From: Candidatus Falkowbacteria bacterium
GTDB lineage: Bacteria > Patescibacteriota > Patescibacteriia > UBA11705 > JABHMO01
Direction: 5' to 3'
Length of the DNA: 64,000 bases
Assembly: GCA_018674305.1 (NCBI GenBank)
Contig: JABHAL010000002.1
Location: 4,496 to 68,495, forward strand
Part shown: piece by piece, positions 19,998-30,219 of the stretch
Numbering within the stretch: position 1 is the first letter of the stretch
Layout of the letters: each line of letters opens with the position of its first letter
The notes under the pieces: model-generated
Told to the model about the DNA's origin: nothing
Database searches by the model: none
Seen by the model: the letters and a program-made list of their open reading frames with translations, nothing else
Position numbers and translations under genes: made by a program

Positions 19998-20957
19998 TTA
20001 AGACTTTGACGCCGCAGCCCCAGAACTAATCTCGGCGATCTCCTGAGTAATGGCAGCTTGTCTGGCTTGATTAAAAGACAAAGTCAAATCACTAATCATA
20101 TCCTCTGCAGCATCAGAGGCATTTTTCATCGCCATCATTCGAGCACTATGCTCTGAAGCTTCTGACTCCAAAACAGCTTGATAAACCTGTACTTCAATTA
20201 AACGTGGGAGTAACTGTTCCAATACTTTCTCTGCGCTTGGTTCAAAAAGATATTCATAACTGTACTTGCCTTTAATTAAATATCTTTTTCTTTTTTCGTC
20301 AATAAACTGTTTTCTGGTTCCAACACCAGCACCTTCACTTTTACCTACAACACCTAAATACTCATCTGGTTCTGACTCAATTGGCAAAAGCTGTTTTACT
20401 CGTACTGTTTGTTTCATACTTGACTCAAAATCTGTAAAAGCCACAAACACTTTATCATACTTGCCACTACTAAAATCTTTTATGGCAATTGAAGCAACCG
20501 GCGCCACCTCATCAGCGGTTAAAGTTAAATCTTGCTTTTGGAAATCTGCCACGATATTATATCCAGCGCTTTTAATTATATCCCTTGGTTTCGAGCCCAA
20601 AGTTATAACTTCCGTAGTTTTTATATTTTTTTCATGTTTTTTTATTGAAGCAATTGCTTTTTGTACAACTTGAAGATTAAATCCACCACATAAGCCACGA
20701 TTTGATCCAATCAAAACCAAAGCGACATTTTCAATCTTATGACGGTTAACCAATAGCACATGCTTATCCGAGTCTGTTCGCTCAGCTAAATTCAATACTG
20801 TTGCCCAGGCTAAATTTGAATAGTCACGTGTTGCCAAAACTGAATCAACCGCTTTGCGCATTTTTGCAGCAGCGACCATTTCCATAGCCTTGGTAATTTT
20901 CCTAGTATTACCGACTGATTTTAATCGACGTTTAATTTCTCTTGTACCTTTTGCCAT
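19998..20957 (-). CDS. atpG: F1 ATP synthase gamma subunit
   Basis: N-terminal IKRRLKSVGNTRKITKAMEMVAAAK and the C-terminal helix ITQEIAEI. Confidence 0.9.
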   Translation of the reverse strand: MAKGTREIKRRLKSVGNTRKITKAMEMVAAAKMRKAVDSVLATRDYSNLAWATVLNLAERTDSDKHVLLVNRHKIENVALVLIGSNRGLCGGFNLQVVQKAIASIKKHEKNIKTTEVITLGSKPRDIIKSAGYNIVADFQKQDLTLTADEVAPVASIAIKDFSSGKYDKVFVAFTDFESSMKQTVRVKQLLPIESEPDEYLGVVGKSEGAGVGTRKQFIDEKRKRYLIKGKYSYEYLFEPSAEKVLEQLLPRLIEVQVYQAVLESEASEHSARMMAMKNASDAAEDMISDLTLSFNQARQAAITQEIAEISSGAAASKS

Positions 20958-20962
20958 AGATA

Positions 20963-22495
20963 TTATGCTTTTTCTGTTTTTATTAACATTTCCTCAACAG
21001 TTCCCTTATAATCTTTAACAATTTTAACGATATCTTTTTCTAATTTTTCATCAAGTGCACCCTTCTTTTTTAGATCTAGCAATACATCCTTAGCATTATT
21101 ATCAAAGTATTTATATAAACCATTTTCAAATTCGCTAACTTTTGCTACTTGTATATCATCCAAATGACCATTAATTACTGAATAAATAATAATAACTTGC
21201 TTTTCAACTTCTACTGGTTGATATTGGCCTTGTTTTAGAATTTCTGTAATTCTCTTTCCAGTTTCCAATTGCTTTTGAGTTGATTCATCCAGATCAGATC
21301 CAAATTGAGCAAAAGCTGCTAATTCACGATATTGAGCAACTTCTAATCGTAATTTCCCAGCCACTTTTTTCATGGCTTTGATTTGAGCACTTGACCCAAC
21401 ACGAGAAACTGACAAACCAACGTTAACAGCAGGTCTAATACCTTGATTAAATAAATCATTTTCTAAAAATATTTGACCGTCAGTAATAGAAATAACATTT
21501 GTTGGGATGTAAGCTGAAATATCGCCTGCCTGTGTTTCAATTATTGGTAAAGCAGTAATAGAACCACCACCAAAATCTTCATTCAATTTAGCAGACCGCT
21601 CAAGTAGACGTGAATGTAAGTAAAACACATCACCAGGATAAGCTTCACGCCCAGGTGGACGTTTTAGAAGCAAGGAAATCTCACGATAAGCTACGGCATG
21701 CTTGGATAAATCATCATACACAATCAAAACGTCTTTGCCTTGATCCAAAAAGTACTCAGCCATGGCACAGCCCGCCTGTGGCGCGATATAACTAATTGAA
21801 GCTGGCATAGATGCTCCAGCTAATACAATAATTGTGTGCTCCATTGCACCTTCTTCTTCCAGCTTAGCAACAATCTTTGCAATTTTTGATTCTTTCTGAC
21901 CGATAGCCACGTATACACAAATTAAGTCCTTACCTTTTTGATTAATAATAGTATCAATAGCAATTGCGGTTTTTCCTGTTTGCCTATCACCAATAATTAA
22001 TTCTCGTTGTCCACGTCCAATTGGAATCATTGAATCAATAGCTTTAATTCCTGTTTGAACAGGCTGATGCACTGATTTTCTAGTAATAACTCCCGGCGCG
22101 ATCTTTTCAACAGGATAAAAAGTTTCTGTTTGAATTTTTCCTTTACCGTCTAATGGAGCTCCCAAAGGATCAAGAACACGACCGATAGTTGCTTCCCCTA
22201 CTGGAACTTGCAAAATTTTACCTGTACTTTTAACAATTGTCCCTTCCTTAATTTCAAGACAGTCACCCAAAATCATTGCTCCAACTAATTCTTCCTCTAA
22301 ATTCAAAGCAACTCCAAATACACCATTGCCAAAATCCAACATTTCAGCAGACATAACCTCAGAAAGACCAGCTATTTTTGCAATTCCATCACCAACTTCA
22401 ACAACTCGTCCTGTTTCTTCAACTGACATGTTCTCATCAAAATCAGCAATCTGTTTTTTTAATGTTTCAACTACAAAGTCTTTATTTTTCGACAT
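20963..22495 (-). CDS. atpA: F1 ATP synthase alpha subunit
   Basis: Walker A GDRQTGKT and full-length alpha-subunit architecture. Confidence 0.95.
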   Translation of the reverse strand: MSKNKDFVVETLKKQIADFDENMSVEETGRVVEVGDGIAKIAGLSEVMSAEMLDFGNGVFGVALNLEEELVGAMILGDCLEIKEGTIVKSTGKILQVPVGEATIGRVLDPLGAPLDGKGKIQTETFYPVEKIAPGVITRKSVHQPVQTGIKAIDSMIPIGRGQRELIIGDRQTGKTAIAIDTIINQKGKDLICVYVAIGQKESKIAKIVAKLEEEGAMEHTIIVLAGASMPASISYIAPQAGCAMAEYFLDQGKDVLIVYDDLSKHAVAYREISLLLKRPPGREAYPGDVFYLHSRLLERSAKLNEDFGGGSITALPIIETQAGDISAYIPTNVISITDGQIFLENDLFNQGIRPAVNVGLSVSRVGSSAQIKAMKKVAGKLRLEVAQYRELAAFAQFGSDLDESTQKQLETGKRITEILKQGQYQPVEVEKQVIIIYSVINGHLDDIQVAKVSEFENGLYKYFDNNAKDVLLDLKKKGALDEKLEKDIVKIVKDYKGTVEEMLIKTEKA

Positions 22496-22531
22496 AATAA
22501 ATAAAATTATTAAAAATTAATGTTTATATAT

Positions 22532-23071
22532 TTATTCAAAGTTTTCTATTTTTTTCTCAAGACGATTTATTTTTCCGTAAACACTACCATCAATAACCAT
22601 ATCACCAATAATTATTTTCAATCCCCCCAACAAGCTTTCATTTATAACATTTCGCAAAACAACACTTGAACCGATCTTCTTTTTTACAATTTGGTTTATT
22701 GCCTTCTCCATTTCTGGGGTTAATGGGATAACTGACTCCACTACTATTTCTTCAATTTCATTATTTTTCAGGTTAGATTTTTTAGTTTGTTGTAAAATTT
22801 GGGAAAGATATATTAACTTATTATTTTTGATTAAGAGATACAAAAAATTATAAGTTCTTTTACTTAGAAAATCCTGGAAAATATTACTTAATGCTTCCTT
22901 TTTTTGAGCAAAAGTAACCTGCTTATTCATTAAATATTTTTTAAAATCCAAATTCTCTGCCAGCTTTTCTTCTACATTCTTTAATTCGTCAATTATTTGA
23001 TCGTAGCAGTTGTGTTCCACCCCTAGCTCAATCAACGATTTTGCGTAATGTTTTATTTTGGCAATTTTCAT
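22532..23071 (-). CDS. atpH: F1 ATP synthase delta (OSCP) subunit
   Basis: 179 aa, sits between atpF and atpA, OSCP-like length. Confidence 0.7.
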   Translation of the reverse strand: MKIAKIKHYAKSLIELGVEHNCYDQIIDELKNVEEKLAENLDFKKYLMNKQVTFAQKKEALSNIFQDFLSKRTYNFLYLLIKNNKLIYLSQILQQTKKSNLKNNEIEEIVVESVIPLTPEMEKAINQIVKKKIGSSVVLRNVINESLLGGLKIIIGDMVIDGSVYGKINRLEKKIENFE

Positions 23072-23073
23072 AG

Positions 23074-23586
23074 TTATTTCAAATCCGCATTTTTCAAGTC
23101 CGCGATTGTTTGCTCAATTAATTTCTTATGTTTTTTTTCATCAATTGACCCAGATGCAATTTTATCCAACGCCAAGGCTATTAGTCCGCCAAGTTCATCT
23201 TTAACATCCTTCAACATCAATGTTCGCTCAGCACCGATCTGTGAGCGTGCATCAGTAATAATTTTTTCGACTTCCTTTTGTGCTTTAGTTACTTTTTCTG
23301 CTCGCACCTCTTCTCCCTGTTTTTCTGACTTAGAAATAATGCCCTGAGCTTCCTTTCTTCCCTTTTTTACTTCCACTTCTCTTTCTTCTTCAATCTCTAA
23401 CATTTTTCCCTCAATTTTTTCTGCATCAGTAATACCTTTTTTGATTTTTTCCTCACGTTCTTTCATTAACTTAACCAAAGGCTTCAAAGCAAAGACTCCA
23501 AGCACTACAATAACAATTACAAAATTAACACTTTGCGCTATTAATAATCGCCAGTCAATGTGAAATGTTTTTATTAAATCATCCAT
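23074..23586 (-). CDS. atpF: Fo ATP synthase b subunit
   Basis: Single N-terminal TM followed by a long charged coiled coil. Confidence 0.7.
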   Translation of the reverse strand: MDDLIKTFHIDWRLLIAQSVNFVIVIVVLGVFALKPLVKLMKEREEKIKKGITDAEKIEGKMLEIEEEREVEVKKGRKEAQGIISKSEKQGEEVRAEKVTKAQKEVEKIITDARSQIGAERTLMLKDVKDELGGLIALALDKIASGSIDEKKHKKLIEQTIADLKNADLK

Positions 23587-23675
23587 ATAAAATAGTTAAA
23601 AGTTAAAAGTTTATAAAGCTATAAAGATAATACTCTTGGACCTGCTCCGAATAATTTCGAAGCAGAACAAAAATA

Positions 23676-23897
<222 letters not shown>

Positions 23898-23966
23898 TTA
23901 ACTTTCAAATCGACTGGATTGTTTCTTGTTTAAAGTCGTTATTCAGTTAATTATATTAATAATTAA

Positions 23967-24866
23967 TTAATGTTCGTCACTCATGGCAATAGAAAAATAT
24001 ACTAAACTCAACATAGCAAATATCAAGGCTTGAATTACACCAACGATTATCTCCAAGAACATAAACGGAATTGGCAGACCAAATGCAAAAATAACGGCAA
24101 TTGACGACAATAGCACTTCACCTGCAAAAACATTCCCAAATAAACGAAATGACAAAGAAGCAACTTTAGCAATCTCTCCAATTATTTCAACCAACCCAAC
24201 GAAAAACTTAATTGGATTGACCACCACAATAGTTGGGTCTTTTCTAATTTTCATTGGAATATGCGCCAACGCCTTCAAATTAACAAATTTATTCAAATGC
24301 TTAAATGTGCCAACTGAGATCATACCAAAAATGTTGGCCACAACTACAGATATTAGAGCAAGGGCTAAAGTAGTATTCAAATCAGCTGTTCCTCCCCGAA
24401 AAAGTGGTACAAAAACTTTATGACCAAGGCCCTCTTGAATAAATCCAATAGACCCGATTCCAGGCAGTAAGCCCAACCAATTATTCATCAAAATAAAAAC
24501 GAAAAAGGTTAAGACAATTGGGAACACTTTCATGGATTTTTTATGATCACCGGTAACTGAATCACAAAGATTTACACCTCCCTCAACAATCATCTCAAAA
24601 ATATTTTGAATCCCTTTTGGTATTTGTTTAAGTTTTATTCTTATTGCAACGGCCAAAACAACCAAAACCACAACCACAATCCAGGTATTTAACAATGAAT
24701 TAGTAATAGTAAAATTTCCAACATTAAGAATTGGCTCAGCACCAAGGGTTATTTCATGCCCTATATGTTCTTTAGTGGCATGTGTCTCCTGATTTCCAAC
24801 CTCCTCATTATTAATGATTACCTGGAGATTTTCATTCTCATGATTTTCTTCTAGTTGCAAATTCAT
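23967..24866 (-). CDS. atpB: Fo ATP synthase a subunit with a ~60-aa N-terminal hydrophilic extension
   Basis: C-terminal helices with conserved Arg (RLFGNVFAGE). The ORF-track N-terminus is E/N/H-rich and non-membrane, so the true start may be internal. Confidence 0.8.
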   Translation of the reverse strand: MNLQLEENHENENLQVIINNEEVGNQETHATKEHIGHEITLGAEPILNVGNFTITNSLLNTWIVVVVLVVLAVAIRIKLKQIPKGIQNIFEMIVEGGVNLCDSVTGDHKKSMKVFPIVLTFFVFILMNNWLGLLPGIGSIGFIQEGLGHKVFVPLFRGGTADLNTTLALALISVVVANIFGMISVGTFKHLNKFVNLKALAHIPMKIRKDPTIVVVNPIKFFVGLVEIIGEIAKVASLSFRLFGNVFAGEVLLSSIAVIFAFGLPIPFMFLEIIVGVIQALIFAMLSLVYFSIAMSDEH

Positions 24867-25132
24867 ATTTCTTTAGTTTCCTTCGATTTGTTCGGTTTAT
24901 CCATCTTCTTCATTTCTCGGATTGTTATTACAATCAAACCAATATTGGTAATTAAAAAAGCCACTGCTAAACAAACGATTAGGTAGAGTGGCTCGCTTTC
25001 AAACTTAGTATCAATCCAGCGCCCTAAATAAAGCCCCGCTATAATTGGGAAAACAATCCATCCTGAAACCTGCGCAAAAAATTCAATTGCCGGTTTCCAC
25101 CATAATTTGTCTTGTTTTTTATCTTTAAGCAT
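24863..25132 (-). CDS. AtpZ/AtpI-like small membrane protein preceding atpB
   Basis: 89 aa, two TM helices, overlaps the atpB start by 4 nt. Position and topology match AtpZ/AtpI. Confidence 0.5.
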   Translation of the reverse strand: MLKDKKQDKLWWKPAIEFFAQVSGWIVFPIIAGLYLGRWIDTKFESEPLYLIVCLAVAFLITNIGLIVITIREMKKMDKPNKSKETKEI

Positions 25133-25199
25133 ATGAAAGCAACTTCATTCTATCATTAAATTGAAAAAGGGTCAAGAGTTTTGTACACATGCCAGAAAT

Positions 25200-25235
25200 G
25201 TAATAAAAAACCTGTTTTTTACATAAACAGGTTTT
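25200..25235 (-). terminator. rho-independent terminator downstream of tatD
   Basis: AAAACCTGTTT / AAACAGGTTTT stem, followed on the minus strand by TTTTTTATT. Confidence 0.55.
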
Positions 25236-25246
25236 CTTATATTTTA

Positions 25247-26077
25247 TTATAACTTGAACAATTTCTTAGCATTTTCATCAGTTTGTTTTTCAACTTGTTG
25301 AACGGACAAACCCTTCAATTCAGCAATCTTGGCAATCACATATTCCACAAAGGCCGGTTCGTTCCTTTTTCCCCTATGTGGAACAGGAGTTAAATACGGA
25401 CAATCTGTTTCTGTAACAATTTTTTCTAGTGAGGTTTGTTTAATCACTTCATGATATTTTTCTGCCTTGTTAAATGTGATCACACCATTAAACCCTAAAT
25501 AAAAACCTAAATCAACTAATTCAACAGCTTGTTCGGCTGAACCAATAAAACAGTGAATAACTCCCCCCTTTTTAATTCGATTATTTTTCAAAATCTGAAT
25601 TAAATCCTCATACGCTTCACGACAATGAAGAATCATAGGTAAATCCAATTCATTCGCCAATTCTATATGTTTGATTAGAACTTGTTTTTGTTTTGTAATC
25701 TGCTCATCTTTATCATCTTCTGTTAAATGGTAATAATCCAACCCCGTTTCACCGATAGCGACTATTTTATCTGAACTTTTTCCAAGTTGTAAATATTTAT
25801 CATAATCAAATTCTTCCGCCCGAGAAACAAACTCCACTTTTTCTTTATTATCAACTTGATGAGAGACTTCCCTTTCTTGTAAATGAATTGGATGCAAGGC
25901 AACAGCAACATAAACACCAGATTCATACTTTTCTGCCATTTGAACTGCTCGTTCACTGGTCGAGTACTGCGAACCAACCAAAATCATTCCAACGCCTTTT
26001 TCTTGCGCGCGTTTAATCACTTCGTCTGAGTCTTCTTTGTATGCGCTAAAGTTTACATGCGCATGAGTATCGAACAT
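25247..26077 (-). CDS. tatD: TatD-family metal-dependent DNase/hydrolase
   Basis: MFDTHAHVNF, GETGLDYY, HCREA and the overall TatD layout. Confidence 0.85.
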   Translation of the reverse strand: MFDTHAHVNFSAYKEDSDEVIKRAQEKGVGMILVGSQYSTSERAVQMAEKYESGVYVAVALHPIHLQEREVSHQVDNKEKVEFVSRAEEFDYDKYLQLGKSSDKIVAIGETGLDYYHLTEDDKDEQITKQKQVLIKHIELANELDLPMILHCREAYEDLIQILKNNRIKKGGVIHCFIGSAEQAVELVDLGFYLGFNGVITFNKAEKYHEVIKQTSLEKIVTETDCPYLTPVPHRGKRNEPAFVEYVIAKIAELKGLSVQQVEKQTDENAKKLFKL

Positions 26078-26130
26078 ACAATTAATAAGGCTAAATATGG
26101 CGAAACAAGGTAATAAGGCACAACATAAAG

Positions 26131-27648
26131 TTATTTACGGATAAATAGTGGTTCACCTTTTTCAACCTTAGTTCCGGGTTTAATTCGGCCGACTTTTGTA
26201 GCTTCTTCATAAGCTAATTCGTCTTCGCCGAGACGCATTAGAATTTCCGCGCTCGTTTCTGGAAGAATTGGCTTAAGTAACCAACCTAAGTGACGAAGTA
26301 TTTCTAGAAGATTATATATCACTTGATCAAGTTCGGTTTGCTTATTTTCCTTTCCAAGAACCCACGGCTTTGTTTTATCAATGTATCCATCACACCAGCT
26401 AATTACATCCCAAACTTCTCTCAGGTTTTCAAAAATCTTATAATCCGTAAAACCTTTATCAATTTTTTGCCAGGTTTTTTTTAAATCCAAGTTAGTGTCA
26501 AACTTTTTGTTCGGAACCTTTGAATCACAATACTTTTCAGCCATACTTAAAACACGACTAGTAAGATTACCGATGCCATTCGCCAAATCAGCATTAAACT
26601 TAACTGGAAACTCATCAACTTTCACATCACCGTCCTGGCCAAATACAAATTGAGAAATTATTAAATAACGAGCCGCATCAGCTCCGTATTCCTCAACCAG
26701 GTCATTGGGGTCAATGACATTACCCAACGTTTTACTCATTTTTTTTCCGTTTAAGGTAAAGAAGCCATGCACAAACAGTTCTTTTGGTTGTTCAATCTCA
26801 GCAGCCAGAAGCATTACCGGCCAAATAATACAATGAAATTTCAAAATGTCCTTTGCTAATAAATGCGTATCAGCCGGCCAAAACTCTTTGAAGTTTTCTC
26901 CCGAAGGAAACCCAAGAGCTGAGATATAATTGATCAAAGCGTCAACCCAAACATAAATTGTTTGCTTTTTATCAAACGGGACCGGAATTCCCCAATCAAC
27001 ATTTGCGCGACTAACAGCAATATCTTCCAAACCGTGTTCAATAAAACTTAACACCTCTTTCTTTTTGTCAGCCGGTAAAATCTTAATCTCATCTGACTCA
27101 ATCTTTTTCTTTAATACATCTGCATAGTCAGACAACTTTATATACCAATTTTCTTCAGACAATGTTTGAGGTTCTTTGTTATGATCAGGACATTTACCTT
27201 CTACCAAATCATCTTCTTTTTTATATGCCTCACAACCAACACAATACAATCCTTCATAAGTGTCCTTGAAAATAAAATCGTTACCCTTCGGCGTTTTTGC
27301 GGATTTTAACTTTGTCAGAACCTCACCAACCACTTTTTCATGTCGATCTTCAGTTGTACGAATAAAATCATCAAATGAAATATTTAATTTTCCCCAAGCC
27401 GACTTAAACTCAGCAGAGACCTCATCCACAAAAATCTGTGGCTCCTTGTTTTCTGCTTTTGCTGACTGAGCGACCTTGGCACCATGTTCATCAGTCCCAG
27501 TCAAAAACCAAACCTTATCGCTTCCAAGTTTGAAACGATTATAGCGAGCCAACACATCTGCAACAATTGTAGTATAGGCATGTCCAATGTGTGGCTTGTC
27601 ATTTACATAGTAAATGGGAGTTGTAATGTAAAATTTATTTTTTTCCAT
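26131..27648 (-). CDS. metG: methionyl-tRNA synthetase (short, without C-terminal tRNA-binding domain)
   Basis: HIGH-region PHIGHAYT, KMSKS as KMSKTLGN, and a zinc knuckle CVGCEAY...CPDH. Start taken at MEKNKFYITTP. Confidence 0.9.
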   Translation of the reverse strand: MEKNKFYITTPIYYVNDKPHIGHAYTTIVADVLARYNRFKLGSDKVWFLTGTDEHGAKVAQSAKAENKEPQIFVDEVSAEFKSAWGKLNISFDDFIRTTEDRHEKVVGEVLTKLKSAKTPKGNDFIFKDTYEGLYCVGCEAYKKEDDLVEGKCPDHNKEPQTLSEENWYIKLSDYADVLKKKIESDEIKILPADKKKEVLSFIEHGLEDIAVSRANVDWGIPVPFDKKQTIYVWVDALINYISALGFPSGENFKEFWPADTHLLAKDILKFHCIIWPVMLLAAEIEQPKELFVHGFFTLNGKKMSKTLGNVIDPNDLVEEYGADAARYLIISQFVFGQDGDVKVDEFPVKFNADLANGIGNLTSRVLSMAEKYCDSKVPNKKFDTNLDLKKTWQKIDKGFTDYKIFENLREVWDVISWCDGYIDKTKPWVLGKENKQTELDQVIYNLLEILRHLGWLLKPILPETSAEILMRLGEDELAYEEATKVGRIKPGTKVEKGEPLFIRK

Positions 27649-27649
27649 A

Positions 27650-28294
27650 TTATTTTTTTGGCGAAATAACAACTGTAAACTCACCTTTTTCTTTTACTTG
27701 TTCTAGAATTTCTTCAGCTGTACCTCTATATATTGTTTCAAATTTTTTAGTTAATTCACGAGCAACTACAATTTGTCGATCTTCTTCAAGTTCAGTTTTC
27801 AACTTTTCTAGTGTTTTAATGATTCTGTGTGGTGATTCATAAAAACAAACTGTATATTTTGAATTTTTCATTAAGTCTAACGTCTTTTGTTGCCCCTTGC
27901 GAGGCATAAATCCTAGAAACAGGAACTTATCGGTTGGATAACCTGAAATTGATAAAGCAGAAGCTACTGCGCTTGGTCCTGGAATTGGACAAACTTCATA
28001 CCCAGCTTCAATTGCTAATTGAACTAATTTACCACCAGGATCAGAAATTCCTGGGGTTCCAGCATCGGACACATAAGCGATGTCTTCATATTCAGCAATC
28101 AGCCTTTCAATTTTTTCTTCTGATGAATGCTGATGTAAGCTGATTAGCTTTTTCTTCAATTCAAACTTTTCAACCAACTTTCTAGTTTGCCGGGTATCTT
28201 CACAAAGAATAACATCTACATTTTTCAATACTTCAATTGCACGTAATGTCATATCCTGTAAATTTCCAATTGGGGTTCCAACAATGTAAATCAT
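27650..28294 (-). CDS. rsmI: 16S rRNA (cytidine1402-2'-O)-methyltransferase RsmI (tetrapyrrole-methylase fold)
   Basis: IYIVGTPIGNLQDMTLRAIEVLKNVDVILCEDTR is the RsmI N-terminal signature. Confidence 0.8.
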   Translation of the reverse strand: MIYIVGTPIGNLQDMTLRAIEVLKNVDVILCEDTRQTRKLVEKFELKKKLISLHQHSSEEKIERLIAEYEDIAYVSDAGTPGISDPGGKLVQLAIEAGYEVCPIPGPSAVASALSISGYPTDKFLFLGFMPRKGQQKTLDLMKNSKYTVCFYESPHRIIKTLEKLKTELEEDRQIVVARELTKKFETIYRGTAEEILEQVKEKGEFTVVISPKK

Positions 28295-28346
28295 ATTAAC
28301 TAAATTATAGCAAAATTTAGCAATTTGTCCATGTATCCCACGGCAC

Positions 28347-28375
28347 TTGACAAGATTATAGATTTATGCTATAAT
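28347..28375 (+). promoter_or_regulatory. consensus sigma70 promoter (TTGACA-17-TATAAT)
   Basis: Exact hexamers at 28347-28352 and 28370-28375. Confidence 0.5.
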
Positions 28376-28380
28376 GTGGC

Positions 28381-28557
28381 TACATGTTTCATAGAAAAAA
28401 CTATTGTCGAAAAAAGGAGGTGAACCATGGGGGCATGGCGGAGAAATACCGCAGTTGGTCAAAGTTAACTCGGTGTAACGAGTCACAGGCCAATAAGCCC
28501 AACAATCTACAGAAACAACACATCGCGCCCCGATCAACGTCGGGGCGCACTATTTTT
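28381..28557 (+). ncRNA. candidate short transcript (~175 nt): leader, a 13-codon ORF with perfect SD, then an intrinsic terminator. Candidate sRNA or leader-peptide RNA.
   Basis: AAGGAGG at 28414-28420, ATG at 28427, ORF MGAWRRNTAVGQS* (28427..28468), GC-rich terminator GCGCCCCGA-tcaacg-TCGGGGCGC + ACTATTTTT at 28525..28557. GC content far above the flanks. Confidence 0.35.
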
Positions 28558-28575
28558 AAATTATCCACAATCGTA

Positions 28576-28604
28576 TTGACTCTCGTAATTTGACATGATA
28601 TTAT
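28576..28604 (+). promoter_or_regulatory. near-consensus sigma70 promoter (TTGACT-17-TATTAT, extended -10 TG)
   Basis: Hexamers at 28576-28581 and 28599-28604. No protein-coding ORF with an RBS follows. Confidence 0.45.
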
Positions 28605-28609
28605 ATAAA

Positions 28610-28895
28610 AGCCTTTTGAGGAGAAAGGCAAAGGTAAAACTGATTTTGAAAACTGAAGGAGGGAATCACGCTTAAACCTACAATTAGAGCGAGTAATTAA
28701 GGTCAAATGGCCTTACCACTACGAGTTGACGTCAACGTAACGTCCCGTAGGGAAAAAAACAAAGCACCGCGCTAGGCACACAATCTTTGGAAAGAGGAAT
28801 AGACAGCTTGTCTGTCAATCCCGATAAGGCAACCTGTCATCCACAAGATGAAAGGAAAACAAGATTGGTCCAATAAAGCCGGTGCATTTTTTTAC
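28610..28895 (+). ncRNA. candidate non-coding RNA (~280 nt, GC-rich, several local hairpins); identity unknown
   Basis: Downstream of the 28576 promoter with no credible ORF. Elevated GC. Hairpins such as GACAG-cttgt-CTGTC. Ends near an A/T-rich stretch. Confidence 0.25.
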
Positions 28896-28934
28896 AAAAA
28901 ATTAAAAGGAGACTTTTTGTTGCAAAAAGCCTCC
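28890..28934 (-). terminator. rho-independent terminator for 28951..29214
   Basis: GGAGGCTTTTTG caa CAAAAAGTCTCC stem with one mismatch, followed on the minus strand by TTTTAATTTTTTG. Confidence 0.55.
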
Positions 28935-28950
28935 CTTGATAACGTATCAT

Positions 28951-29214
28951 TCACCTAGCACATTCTTCACACTGACCACAATCACATTCGTTAACATTAA
29001 TTTCCCTGATTGGCCGAATCATTACAGTTTCTTCAATATTAACTAGCGCACCTGTTTCGACATGAACAGCACAACAAACTTCACCTGTTTCTCCATCAAT
29101 CAACTGATGACGTTCCGGAATTTTCAGAAACAAATCCTCCTGAGTGCCAGACTCATTAAGCTTAAACAACGTTGTACCATGCTCCTCCGCGTCAAGATCA
29201 GCAAAACAGATCAT
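28951..29214 (-). CDS. small Cys-rich protein (C-terminal CDCGQCEEC cluster), function unknown
   Basis: 87 aa. GGAGG SD 6 nt before the ATG. C-terminus ECDCGQCEECAR plus an internal CC pair suggest metal binding. Confidence 0.5.
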   Translation of the reverse strand: MICFADLDAEEHGTTLFKLNESGTQEDLFLKIPERHQLIDGETGEVCCAVHVETGALVNIEETVMIRPIREINVNECDCGQCEECAR

Positions 29215-29340
29215 TCAATTCCTCCGAAAAAAGGTTAACCTTGCTTTTAAAACATATCTGAGTAATACCTAATACTAACAGGTTTCTAAGAAAATGTCAA
29301 CTCTTTTAAAATCAATCAGACTTGCTATAATAAAGACACT

Positions 29341-30219
29341 ATGAAATCCAAGCGTAACAAAACTATAAGCGTCACAAAAGAGGATGAAAAAAACTTTCCA
29401 GTTTTTAAAATACACAATACCCAACCTCCAAGACCAAATTTAATCAACAAACTTTTTTATGGAGACTGCATTAAAGAGATGTCTAAATTACCAGACAGTT
29501 TTGTTGACTTAATCGTAACTGACCCACCCTACACCATACGCAAAGATTTCGGTAAAGGCACCGTCACCACGAAAGAAAAAGAATTTATAACCTGGTGCGA
29601 AAACTGGATTGAACAATGTTTTCGAATACTCAAGCCAAACGGTTCAATTTATATTTGCATAAACTGGGAAGCTTCAACTATTATTGAAGCTATCTTAAAA
29701 AACCATTTCATAATTCGCAATCGCATTACATGGAAGAGAGACAAAGGGCGCGGCGCCAAAAAGAATTGGAAAAATAACATGGAAGATATCTGGTTTGCAA
29801 CCAAGGGCGATGATTACACTTTTAATTTAGAGGCTGTTAAAGTTAAAAAAGCTGTTATCGCCCCATACGTTGACAAAAAAGGAAAACCAAAAGATTGGCA
29901 GGAAGTTGATGGCAAGAAATTTCGTATGACTCACCCATCCAACATTTGGACTGATTTAACGGTCCCCTTTTGGTCAATGCCGGAAAACACTGAACATCCT
30001 ACCCAAAAACCGGAAAAACTTATTGAAAGAATTATACTAGCAAGTTCGAACAAAGGGGAATTAATTTTTGATCCATTCATGGGCTCTGGAACAACCGCTG
30101 TAGTTGCTAAACGACTAGAACGAAACTACTTAGGCTTTGAAATTGAAAAACGGTTTTATATTTTGGCTCAGAAACGACTCAAAGCATTGAATCAACTCCG
30201 CGAAAGCATAGGCATTTAG
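29341..30219 (+). CDS. DNA methyltransferase, beta-class N6A/N4C amino-MTase (DPPY), apparently orphan
   Basis: Motif IV IVTDPPY precedes motif I FDPFMGSGTT, the beta-group order. No restriction endonuclease candidate adjacent. Confidence 0.8.
   Translation: MKSKRNKTISVTKEDEKNFPVFKIHNTQPPRPNLINKLFYGDCIKEMSKLPDSFVDLIVTDPPYTIRKDFGKGTVTTKEKEFITWCENWIEQCFRILKPNGSIYICINWEASTIIEAILKNHFIIRNRITWKRDKGRGAKKNWKNNMEDIWFATKGDDYTFNLEAVKVKKAVIAPYVDKKGKPKDWQEVDGKKFRMTHPSNIWTDLTVPFWSMPENTEHPTQKPEKLIERIILASSNKGELIFDPFMGSGTTAVVAKRLERNYLGFEIEKRFYILAQKRLKALNQLRESIGI

Noticed and set aside
28384-28706. ORF-track ORFs 28384..28593 (+) and 28401..28706 (-) across the GC-rich islet
   Set aside because: No RBS. They read straight through a strong intrinsic terminator and a promoter. 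Their composition (R/S/C-rich) is typical of out-of-frame GC-rich DNA. The region is better explained as non-coding RNA.
28381-28895. Assigning the GC-rich RNA candidates to RNase P RNA, tmRNA, SRP RNA or 6S RNA
   Set aside because: The conserved P4 sequences of RNase P, the tmRNA tRNA-like ends/CCA and tag ORF, and the SRP domain IV motif could not be found by eye. The identity is left open rather than guessed.
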